Part shown: positions 14,486 through 23,418 of the stretch, one piece after another
Layout of the letters: the number at the start of each line of letters is the position of its first letter
Position numbering within the stretch: position 1 is the first letter of the stretch
Virus record (IMG/VR): IMGVR_UViG_3300026966_000012
Reading direction: 5' to 3' (one strand)
Length of the DNA stretch: 36,960 nucleotides
Source: a virus
Taxonomy: Duplodnaviria > Heunggongvirae > Uroviricota > Caudoviricetes
Position numbers and translations under genes: made by a program
The notes under the pieces: model-generated
What the model was told of the DNA's origin: nothing
The model's database searches: none
What the model saw: only the letters and a program-made list of their open reading frames with translations

Positions 14486-14947
14486 ATGACAAGCGTCTAC
14501 AATAACTTCAAGGAGCTCCTGTTCAACGGGGGCGTCGACCTTGACACCGACACCATCAGGGCTGCACTCGTCAGTGACACGCCGGCCTACACGCCGGACA
14601 TCGACCTCGAAGTGAACGTCGACGACGTTCTCGACGGCGGTACGACAGCGAGTGAGCTCAACGCGACGAACTACGCTCGGAAGACCCTCTCGATCACCGT
14701 CAGCCAGGACGACACCGACGACGAGGGTGTCGCTGACGCGACAGACCTGACCTGGTCCTCGCTCGGTGGCGCGACGAACGATACGATCGATGGCGTCCTG
14801 ATCTACAAGGAAGTCGGTGCTGACGACACGACGCCCGGTGACGACCCGGTCATCGCCTACATCACGTCATCGGACTTCCCGCTCACGACCAACGGCGGGG
14901 ACGTGACGGTCTCCTGGGCCGCCGAAGGCGTCCTCAACGTCGGATAG
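14486..14947 (+). CDS. Virion/tail-associated module protein (stand-alone copy)
   Basis: YNNFKELLFNGGVDLDTDTIRAAL...Y.PD.D...DV...E...Y pattern recalled from phage minor tail proteins. Paralogous to the C-terminus of the next gene. Confidence 0.65.
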   Translation: MTSVYNNFKELLFNGGVDLDTDTIRAALVSDTPAYTPDIDLEVNVDDVLDGGTTASELNATNYARKTLSITVSQDDTDDEGVADATDLTWSSLGGATNDTIDGVLIYKEVGADDTTPGDDPVIAYITSSDFPLTTNGGDVTVSWAAEGVLNVG

Positions 14948-14989
14948 GACGCACTCGACCCCTGATGTTGTGTTTCGATTGCGAGATAG

Positions 14990-16585
14990 ATGGCTACATA
15001 CTACATTAACGCCGGCGGCGACAACGCAAATGACGGTCTGAGCTCTGCGAACGCGTTTGCGAACTTCGACCCGGTAGCATACGGTAACAAAGCCGCTCTG
15101 ACACAGGGCGATACGGTGATCGTTGAGGACACGGGTGGAGACATCACACACTCGTCCCAGGTTAGCTTTTGGGGAATGAGTGGGTCGTCTGGGAGCCCAA
15201 TCACTATCGAGGCTGCTGATGGACACAGTCCCGTTATCGACTTTACAAACGCGACGGCGAAGGCGTTCTACATGGAAGCAACGTCGTATTTCGTCATCGA
15301 TGGGCTGGAGGTGAAAAATGCTGGCAACTACGGCTTCCAGGTCTACAACGCGAACAATAACACGTTCAAGAATTGCTACACCCACCATCACGGGTACGAC
15401 GCAACATGGGGCTCTGGTATCGCCTTTGAGGGCGGTGGCTCTGGCCACCTCGTGCAGAACTGTAAATCCGCCTACGGACAGGCGGAAGGGAACGCAGACG
15501 GGTTTGCACTCGACGGTGGTGCATCTGCAACGTTCGAGAACTGTGATGCGTGGCACAATGCTGACGACGGGTTCGATGCGTGGGATGGTGGCGTGTCCAC
15601 GTTCACTGACTGTCGAGCGTGGCACAACGGACACGATGAGAACGGGACGGTCACTGGTAACGGTAATGGGTTCAAACTCGGCGGCGACACGGCCACTGGG
15701 GACGGTGGGCACACACTTGAGCGATGTATCGCGTTCAAAAACTCCGGTGACTCGGGTCGCGGGTTCGACGATAACAACGCCGACAACGCGATCACGTTCC
15801 ACAACTGCACGGCCTGGGACAACGATGTTGGATGGCGCGTGAATGTCCAGGGAGTCGCTCATGTTCTCCGAAACTGCATCGAGTATCAGAACACGACAGC
15901 ATACGACAGTATGGCGAACGCCGACGACCAGTACAACACCTGGAACCTATCGATCAATGATCCCGACTGGGCTGACGTCTCGCTGACCAACGACTCGAAA
16001 GAAGGGCCGGCGAACGAGTCGACGTTCATGACGCTCAACTCGACGAGTTCGTGTATCGATGCCGGTACTGACGTGGGACTTTCGTACAACGGGAGTGATC
16101 CCGACCTCGGTGCGATCGAATACACCGCGACGGTGACCCAGGAAGACTCACTGTATAATAACTTCAAAGAGTTGTTGTTCAACGGCGGTGTCGACTTGGA
16201 TACGGATACGATCAGGGTGGCGTTGATCTCTGACTCACCGGCGTACGGCCCTGACGTTGACACCGAAGTGCACGTGTCGGATGTGCTCGATGGGGGAACG
16301 ACAGCGAGTGAGGTCAGCGGGACTGGATACAGTCGACAGACCATCTCGCTGACCGCCACACAGGATAACGCGAACGACGTGGCCTATGTCGACACGGGAG
16401 ACCTCACGTATTCTGGGATCGACGCTGGGACGATAGATGGCGTCCTGATCTACAAGGATGGCCCCACCGACGACACGGACTCGCCCCTGATCGCCTACCT
16501 CACGTCCGACCAGTTCCCACTGACCACGAACGGTGGTGACGTGACGATCCAGTGGGGGTCGTCTGGTGTCCTGGAGCTCTCGTAA
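14990..16585 (+). CDS. PL9 (PelL/Pel9A-like) polysaccharide lyase beta-helix fused to a C-terminal tail-type module
   Basis: GNADGF, HNADDGFD, AWHNG, GNGNGFKLGG, H.LERCIAFKN..GFDDNN match recalled Pel9A motifs. The last ~145 aa duplicate the 14486 protein. No signal peptide. Confidence 0.85.
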   Translation: MATYYINAGGDNANDGLSSANAFANFDPVAYGNKAALTQGDTVIVEDTGGDITHSSQVSFWGMSGSSGSPITIEAADGHSPVIDFTNATAKAFYMEATSYFVIDGLEVKNAGNYGFQVYNANNNTFKNCYTHHHGYDATWGSGIAFEGGGSGHLVQNCKSAYGQAEGNADGFALDGGASATFENCDAWHNADDGFDAWDGGVSTFTDCRAWHNGHDENGTVTGNGNGFKLGGDTATGDGGHTLERCIAFKNSGDSGRGFDDNNADNAITFHNCTAWDNDVGWRVNVQGVAHVLRNCIEYQNTTAYDSMANADDQYNTWNLSINDPDWADVSLTNDSKEGPANESTFMTLNSTSSCIDAGTDVGLSYNGSDPDLGAIEYTATVTQEDSLYNNFKELLFNGGVDLDTDTIRVALISDSPAYGPDVDTEVHVSDVLDGGTTASEVSGTGYSRQTISLTATQDNANDVAYVDTGDLTYSGIDAGTIDGVLIYKDGPTDDTDSPLIAYLTSDQFPLTTNGGDVTIQWGSSGVLELS

Positions 16586-16914
16586 TGGCTGTCTCCGGGT
16601 ACTTCGTGTTGCCACAGGTCGGGAATGGGACCTTCGACGACAAGTTCCGGCCGAAGTACATGGACGACCCACGCGTCCTCAAGTATTACGCCGGTGAGGG
16701 GATCGAGCGAGCGGGCAACACCTGGATTCCGACCCGTGTGTACGTCGCTGACGACGATGCGGCGGCACTCGACACTCTCGAGTCGCAGTCCGACGCCTAC
16801 CGCATCTACCCTGGCGACGTCGAGACTGCGTTGAACGGCCTCGGGGTGTTCCCCCAGGCGCTTACCGCTCGGGAATGGGCGCTCCTGTTCAGCAAGTTCC
16901 TGATGAACGACTAA
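16585..16914 (+). CDS. Hypothetical protein
   Basis: TAATG overlap with the lyase gene; 109 aa. Confidence 0.72.
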   Translation: MAVSGYFVLPQVGNGTFDDKFRPKYMDDPRVLKYYAGEGIERAGNTWIPTRVYVADDDAAALDTLESQSDAYRIYPGDVETALNGLGVFPQALTAREWALLFSKFLMND

Positions 16915-16932
16915 CCAGGCTGGAGGAGAGCT

Positions 16933-19900
16933 ATGCCCACGACTGACCTGTACCCCGACTCCGAGCTCGCTACCACCAACCTCTCTGGGTCAGTCTCGAA
17001 TCTCCAAAACGACGATACAGCGTCGTGGTACACGGCCAACGATGCCACGTCAGATACGGCCCTGCGCGTCGGCTTCGATAATCCGCCATCGGCGCTGACC
17101 GGAACGCAGACAATCGACGTCTACGTTCGGCGAACGAATAACTCGAACAAGGAGCCGACGGTCACTGTCGAGCTCTACGAGAACGGCTCGCTCGTTAGCA
17201 CACTCGCATCGAACGTCGCCGTCACGTCGACAACTGGCCAGACCCTTTCGTACACGTTCGCTGACACCGCCGTCTCGAACGCCGATAACGTCGAGATCCG
17301 TGTGGCCGGGTCGTCGTCGGGCGGGAACCCGAATCAACGGAACACTGTCGAGGTCGGCTACGAGACATGGACGGCCTCGATCGAGCTTGTCGGAGGGGTT
17401 GCCGACGTTGGAACGCTCTCTGTCACGGCAAATGAACCGACCGCGTCCGGTGGCATCCAGTACGGTTGGAAAACAATCGAGTCGTTCGAGGATCAGTCAC
17501 TCTCAGAATACGATATCGGAGATACAAGCGCGTTCGGGATCGCTTCAACCCAGAGTATCGACGGGAGCTACTCCCTCGAGGGGACAGGTGGCTCCTCAAC
17601 GTGGGAAGGTATTGCGTCCACCACAGGATTAGATGAGTACATTCCGTATGAGTCGGAATTTCGTGCCCGAGTCAGAGTTTCGAGCGCAAACGACAGGCTT
17701 CTCTTACGATTTGCAACCCCCGACGCTGACAACGTCATCCTCGCTGGTGCGACTGGAACGGGCATAGAGATATCCCGGTCGCTTGCTGGCTCATGGTCAC
17801 AAGTGAGCAGTGCGTCGATGACGTTTCCAACTGATGAGTGGCTCATATACCACCTCACGTGGGGACTGGCTGGCGCTAACGTTGTCGAGCTCACGGTCTA
17901 TGATTCAACGGAAACTGAACTGGCAAGTACGAGCGCAACCCTCGAAAGTGACTTTCAGGCGTGGGACGGGTTCGGGTACCAGTACACCTACCAGTACAGT
18001 GGGACTGGTCCTGGCTACTTCGACAACGTTGAGCTCTGGGGACAGCTCGCGTCGTCGCAGACCGCAACGGCCGACGTCGCCTCGGTCACGACCAGCGCAC
18101 CTTCGCCGACAGCGTCCACCACAACGACGGGCGACACTGCGACCGCCGATCTCGGCGGAATAACCGTTAGCGCCCCGTCCCCCACGGCAACGAATGTCAT
18201 CTCGGCGCCTGTTTCGACGCTCTCGGCAACGATTGCCGGACAAGACCCGACAGTCGACGGTGGGGCGACGACGGCGACGATGGATGCGGCGTCTATCAGC
18301 GTCACTGGACAGGACCCGTCGATCCCAAGTGTCGCGACAACGGTGACAGCAGACCTCGGGTCGGTCACGGTCGCTGGACAGGATAGCACAGTTACCCCCG
18401 GCGACGTATCGGTGGCGACGACCGAAGGGACGCTCACGTCGACGGCTCAGGACGTAACCGCCACTCCTGGTACCGTATCGGCCGGCGCTGACGTCGGGCA
18501 AACGACAGTCACTGCAATCGACACGAGTGCGAGTGCCGGAGCGACAACATCCTCGATGGAGACTGGTACGCTCTCACTCTCACTACCACCAGTAACGAGT
18601 GGGAGCACTCGTGCAGTCAGTGCAGACGTGGGGGTCGTCTCGGTCACGGGACAGGCGGCGACCGTACAGGCCGGCGCTCACACGCTCACGATGGACGCTG
18701 GGACGGCCACGGCCTCTGGCATTGACCCGAGCGTCGCGCCCGGTGAGTTCACGGCTACTGTCGACGTGGCCTCGGTCACCAGCGTCGCACACGATGTCAC
18801 GGCGACTGCTGGAGCGACGAGCGCCACAGCCGTTGCTGGTGGTATCGCTCTCTCTGGCGTTGAGCCATCTGCTTCGAGCGGGGTGGTGGCACAGACATCG
18901 ACCGTTGGTGGGGCGGTTACTGCACCCGACCCATCGGTAGCGACCGGAGGTGTAACAGCACAGGCCGCCGTCGGTGAAGTGACTGTTACTGGCCAGGACC
19001 CGGTCGCGACGCCCGGGAGTGTTTCCCCAACGGCTGACGTGGCACCCCTCGATGTCAGCGCACAGTCGCTGGGTGCGACACCGGGTACTGTCACGGCCAG
19101 CAGTGTCGTCGGCGACCTCGCGCTCAGTAGCGCCGACCCGAGCAGCACGCCCGGCGACGTTTCACCGACAGCTGACGTTGCGACTACCACGCTTGTTGCC
19201 CTCGACTCGACGGTTACTACCGGTGGGTCGACAGCAACTGTTGACACTGGCGTCCTGACCGTAAGTGAGGAGGAAGTGTCCGTCGCCGGTGGTGCAACGG
19301 TTGCGACGACAGATACAGGCACTCTCAGTGTTACCGGCCCGAGTCCGTCGACGGCTCTTGGGACTGTATCCATCGGGGCTGACCTCGCGGACATTGCGAC
19401 CACCGGGCACGATGTGGCGGCCACACCTGGGACAGCAACAATTGCGGGAGATACTGGCGAGTTAACGGTCGACGTCCCCGGATTCGTCACTGGGAAATCG
19501 ATACTCGTCGAGGCGGATACGGCGTCGATTACCGTCACTGGGGAGGATGTGACGACAACGTCTGGCGGCGTCGGGGCGACGGCGGGACACGCGACGGTGA
19601 GCGTCGAGGCGATCGACCCCACGGCCGCTCCGACAGGGAGTGCTCCCGTTGCCGCGGACGTCGGCGAGATCTCGACGACAGCGAGCGATGTCACTGCGAC
19701 GGGGGGCTCGACCTCAGCGACGGTTGACGTTGCAAGCGTTTCGGCGACAGCGCCGGATGCGTCGATTGATGCTGGCGGCGTTGTGACGGCGACGGCTACT
19801 ACCGGTGTCGTTACGGTCGCTGGCATCTCGGCCGGGGCGGTGCCTGGGGAGGCCACAGTCACCACTGATAGTGGAATCGTCACCTCGACTGCGGCCGATC

Positions 19901-22872
19901 CATCGATCACACTGGGTGAAGTTGTCGCGAGTGCGAGCGAAGGGGTCGTCTCTGTCGCTGGCCTCGACGCTACGACGTCGGTCGGTGAATCAGTTGCCAC
20001 GGCCGATACAGCCACGCTCGCACTCTCGGCAATCGATGTCGCTGGGTCGAGCGGCGTGGTCATTGCGACATCGACCCTTGGCGGGACGGTTACCGCACTC
20101 GACCCCACCACTGACGGTACAGCAACGGCGACCATGGAGGCCGCTACCGTCTCCGTCTCGGCACCCTCGCCAACGACGGGGACGGCCTCGTCGATATCGA
20201 CGCAGACGATCACGTCGTCGGTTACAGCGAACGATGTGAGTGCGACCGGTGGGGCGACGACAGCAACCGCCGAGCAGGGGACTGTCACGACCACGGCCCT
20301 CGAGCCGACGGTCGCGGTAGGCGACACCCCAACGGTTGTGTCTGTCGGCGCGATCACGCTCTCTGCGCCGTCTGTGACAGCGACGGCTGGCGGCGTGTCC
20401 GCTGCAACGGACGTCGGCGAGCTCTCGGTCACTGGAGCTGACGTTTCGACCGACGGTACCCGAACGATCACAGCAGACGTTGCCACGCAGACCGTGACAG
20501 CCCCCTCCCCGGCCGCAGTTCCCGGTGGAGCGTCGGTGTCGACGGATGTCGCGTCGGTCAACGTTTCCGCACAGAACACCACCACATCGACCGGGCCAAC
20601 GACAGCAACTGGAACGGTTGCTGACCTCTCGGTGTCTGGTGTCGACCTCAGTGCCTCGTCTGGCGGATCGATCGTCTACACCAGTACCAAGACCGCAACC
20701 GTCACCGCCCAGGACCCCTCGGTGTCGGTCGGTGAGGCCACGGCGGTCGCTGACACGGGTGCGATTGCCGTCTCCATCCCGACGCCAGGGGTTGGAAGTG
20801 GCGTCATAGCCGCAACGGCCACTGTGGGTGGAACGGTCACCGCCCAGGACCCCACCACCGCAGTCGGCGCCACCTCTGCAACGATGGATGCTGGGACGAT
20901 CTCTGTCTCGGCAATCGAGCCCGGCGCTGTCTCCGGTATCATCGCAGCCACGTCGACCGTCTCGGGGACGGTCACCGCCCAGGACCCAGCAGTCACCGGG
21001 ACGGGCTCGACTACCGCAAGTGCCGACGTTGGTTCGATCACAGTTGCTGGCCAGGACGCCGGTGCGTCACCTGGAGAGGCTACCGCGACGCAGACTGTCG
21101 CGACCCTTTCCGCTTCTGCGCCGGGCCCCGCAGCGACCTCGTCCACTACGGTCACAGCTGACACTGGCGCAGTCGCGGTGGCCGCCACCGACCCATCGAT
21201 CGCCTTCTCGACTACAGTGGATGCGGACGAAGGTGTGCTCACGGTCGCGGCACTCGACGTCGTCACCCTTCGAGCCGACTCGACTCTACTCGATGTCGGG
21301 ACGATCACGGTTGCCGCCCCTGAGCCGACAGCATCGCCAGGCGGCGTCACTGGTGGTGGTGAGACAGCGACCGTCGCCGTGGCGGCCCCGGGCCCAACAG
21401 CGACTGGTGGCCCGACGTCTGCGACCGCAGCGACGGCAACTGTCACGACGGTTGCCCCAGATGCGACAGCCGTTGGTGGCCCGACGACGAGTACAGCCGA
21501 CACGGCGACGCTCGCGACCACTGTACCAGCCCCAGCCGCGACTGCGACGTACACAGTGGGTGCTGAGGTCGGGGCACTCGCGACGAGCGCCGTCGACCCG
21601 GTCGCGTTTGGAGATCGCATCACATCGGCCACGGTTGGTGAACTGTCCGCCAGCGCCGCCGATCCGACGGTCGCCGTCGTAACGACGGTCGCCGTCGACG
21701 AAGGAACGCTCTCGTCCACCGCACAGGACCCATCGGTTGCACCCGGCGGCGTCACTGGTGCTGTCGAAGTGGGCACGCTCACGACGGCTGCGCCAGACGC
21801 TGGTCTCGTCCTTGGGACGGTGTCGGTCACAACCGACCATGCTGCACTCGGTGTCAGCGGTCAGAATGCCGGGGCGGCACCGGGTGGTGTCTCACCCCTC
21901 GCCGACCCGGGTACGCTCACGACCGTTGCGCCAGACGCCGCCCTGACCCCCGGTGTTACACCCGTCACTGTCGAGTCGGGGACACTCGCCACCACGGCAC
22001 TCGACCTGGATGCAGTTGGCGGACCGACGACCGGCACTGCTGAGACGGTCGAGCTCACCCTCACCAGCATCGATAACGATGTCCTGCTCGGAGACACCCC
22101 GGTCGAGATGGACGTCGGCGGCCTGGCCGTCGCCAGCCCGGCGCCAGCAGCTCTCCCCGGAGTGGTGAGTAACGAGGCCGACGTTGGAACGCTTACGACA
22201 GCAGCCGTCGAGCCAGGTGTTTCGGCTACGTACACCTCGATAGCCGATACTGGCGACCTCGCGGTCGGGAGTGTCGACCCTGGTGTACTTGCCACCAACA
22301 CGGTCGGTATGGGCCACGCGGAACTGATGGCCACGGCGCCTGCGGCCGGAATCGATCCGGGCGTAACGCTCGTCGATGTGAGTGAGTCCAGTATCGACGT
22401 CACCGGACCGGAACCGGCGGCCCTCCCTGGTGGCGTCGACCTGGCGATGACGGACGGGACGCTCGCAACGACCGTTTCAGAGCCAGGCGTTCACGCAATC
22501 GCCACCCTCGGCGCAGACGTGGGGTCGCTTCAGACGACCACCCCGAGTCCCGAGTGTATCGGCGGCCCGACGAGCGCCACAGCCGCGGCGGCCAGCGTCT
22601 CGACGAGCGTCCCCGGTATCGGATACATGGCCTGGGACCAGTTCCCCGGCGCGACGGCGGCCAGCGTTACCGTCTCGACACCGATAATCGACATTCCCCA
22701 GGTCGACATCGAGAAAGTCGGTCTCGACGGCGGGCACGCACAGAGTATCACGCTGGACGGACTGTTCGACCCAGATGACACGGCGCTCGACAGCGAAGAT
22801 GCTCAGATCGTGTCCCTGGAAGGAACGTTCGACGCCACCCACATTACCCTTGAAGGGAGGTACGACCCATAA
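16933..22872 (+). CDS. Giant Thr/Ala/Val/Gly-rich repeat protein, probable virion fibre/adhesin
   Basis: 1979 aa. N-terminal beta-sandwich-like domains (~370 aa), then dozens of ~19-24-aa repeats of the type AD(V/T)G(T/S)(L/I)TV(T/S)AxDPxVxxG, and a short acidic C-terminus. No signal peptide. Confidence 0.8.
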   Translation: MPTTDLYPDSELATTNLSGSVSNLQNDDTASWYTANDATSDTALRVGFDNPPSALTGTQTIDVYVRRTNNSNKEPTVTVELYENGSLVSTLASNVAVTSTTGQTLSYTFADTAVSNADNVEIRVAGSSSGGNPNQRNTVEVGYETWTASIELVGGVADVGTLSVTANEPTASGGIQYGWKTIESFEDQSLSEYDIGDTSAFGIASTQSIDGSYSLEGTGGSSTWEGIASTTGLDEYIPYESEFRARVRVSSANDRLLLRFATPDADNVILAGATGTGIEISRSLAGSWSQVSSASMTFPTDEWLIYHLTWGLAGANVVELTVYDSTETELASTSATLESDFQAWDGFGYQYTYQYSGTGPGYFDNVELWGQLASSQTATADVASVTTSAPSPTASTTTTGDTATADLGGITVSAPSPTATNVISAPVSTLSATIAGQDPTVDGGATTATMDAASISVTGQDPSIPSVATTVTADLGSVTVAGQDSTVTPGDVSVATTEGTLTSTAQDVTATPGTVSAGADVGQTTVTAIDTSASAGATTSSMETGTLSLSLPPVTSGSTRAVSADVGVVSVTGQAATVQAGAHTLTMDAGTATASGIDPSVAPGEFTATVDVASVTSVAHDVTATAGATSATAVAGGIALSGVEPSASSGVVAQTSTVGGAVTAPDPSVATGGVTAQAAVGEVTVTGQDPVATPGSVSPTADVAPLDVSAQSLGATPGTVTASSVVGDLALSSADPSSTPGDVSPTADVATTTLVALDSTVTTGGSTATVDTGVLTVSEEEVSVAGGATVATTDTGTLSVTGPSPSTALGTVSIGADLADIATTGHDVAATPGTATIAGDTGELTVDVPGFVTGKSILVEADTASITVTGEDVTTTSGGVGATAGHATVSVEAIDPTAAPTGSAPVAADVGEISTTASDVTATGGSTSATVDVASVSATAPDASIDAGGVVTATATTGVVTVAGISAGAVPGEATVTTDSGIVTSTAADPSITLGEVVASASEGVVSVAGLDATTSVGESVATADTATLALSAIDVAGSSGVVIATSTLGGTVTALDPTTDGTATATMEAATVSVSAPSPTTGTASSISTQTITSSVTANDVSATGGATTATAEQGTVTTTALEPTVAVGDTPTVVSVGAITLSAPSVTATAGGVSAATDVGELSVTGADVSTDGTRTITADVATQTVTAPSPAAVPGGASVSTDVASVNVSAQNTTTSTGPTTATGTVADLSVSGVDLSASSGGSIVYTSTKTATVTAQDPSVSVGEATAVADTGAIAVSIPTPGVGSGVIAATATVGGTVTAQDPTTAVGATSATMDAGTISVSAIEPGAVSGIIAATSTVSGTVTAQDPAVTGTGSTTASADVGSITVAGQDAGASPGEATATQTVATLSASAPGPAATSSTTVTADTGAVAVAATDPSIAFSTTVDADEGVLTVAALDVVTLRADSTLLDVGTITVAAPEPTASPGGVTGGGETATVAVAAPGPTATGGPTSATAATATVTTVAPDATAVGGPTTSTADTATLATTVPAPAATATYTVGAEVGALATSAVDPVAFGDRITSATVGELSASAADPTVAVVTTVAVDEGTLSSTAQDPSVAPGGVTGAVEVGTLTTAAPDAGLVLGTVSVTTDHAALGVSGQNAGAAPGGVSPLADPGTLTTVAPDAALTPGVTPVTVESGTLATTALDLDAVGGPTTGTAETVELTLTSIDNDVLLGDTPVEMDVGGLAVASPAPAALPGVVSNEADVGTLTTAAVEPGVSATYTSIADTGDLAVGSVDPGVLATNTVGMGHAELMATAPAAGIDPGVTLVDVSESSIDVTGPEPAALPGGVDLAMTDGTLATTVSEPGVHAIATLGADVGSLQTTTPSPECIGGPTSATAAAASVSTSVPGIGYMAWDQFPGATAASVTVSTPIIDIPQVDIEKVGLDGGHAQSITLDGLFDPDDTALDSEDAQIVSLEGTFDATHITLEGRYDP

Positions 22873-23207
22873 TGACAAAAGAAAACCAAGACTTCGAGTT
22901 GCACAACGGCGAGATCAAGATCCCCCAGTTCACCGTCGACAAACCCGACGGGTCGACGAAAGACCTCACCAACTACAAAGCCCGGTGGATCGCGATCGAC
23001 CCCGAAGACGACGAGATCGTGATCGACCTGCATACGGACACGGATAACGACATCACGATCCCCAACCCTGCTGGTGGTATCGTCGAGGTCAGGGTGGATC
23101 TGACTGGAAGCTCTGAGCTGTACAACTCCTACCGTCACGAGCTCTACGTGATCGACAGCTCCGGGGAGCCATCGGTTGTCTCTACGGGCGAAATGTTCGT
23201 GAAATAA
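22872..23207 (+). CDS. Small beta-sandwich adaptor (BppU N-terminal-like)
   Basis: DLTNYKARW...GGIVEV...YRHELYVIDSSG..SVVSTGEMFV pattern; TAATG overlap with the fibre gene. Confidence 0.55.
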   Translation: MTKENQDFELHNGEIKIPQFTVDKPDGSTKDLTNYKARWIAIDPEDDEIVIDLHTDTDNDITIPNPAGGIVEVRVDLTGSSELYNSYRHELYVIDSSGEPSVVSTGEMFVK

Positions 23208-23323
23208 CATCACCCAGGCGCCACGAACAGAGACCTCCCAGACGCCCTCTCGCCCGCTATCGGGCTTTCACCACCCGCACTCACTACCACCAGAAACGTC
23301 TGTTTTCGGTAGGTATCAGAAAT

Positions 23324-23331
23324 CTTAATAC
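23324..23331 (+). promoter_or_regulatory. TATA box upstream of the helicase operon
   Basis: CTTAATAC, 31 bp after a CTACCACCAG motif. Confidence 0.5.
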
Positions 23332-23418
23332 TATCTACCGTCTATCAAAGATCACACATACGGGAACGGAGTGACGGCGAAAACGAACACCCGTGTGTGA
23401 CTGAGTACATAGCTACTA

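Noticed and set aside
17905-22403. Long minus-strand ORFs opposite the giant repeat gene (e.g. 18678-20585, 20676-21830)
   Set aside because: Mirror frames produced by stop-poor, repetitive GC-rich codons, with no independent promoter or motifs.
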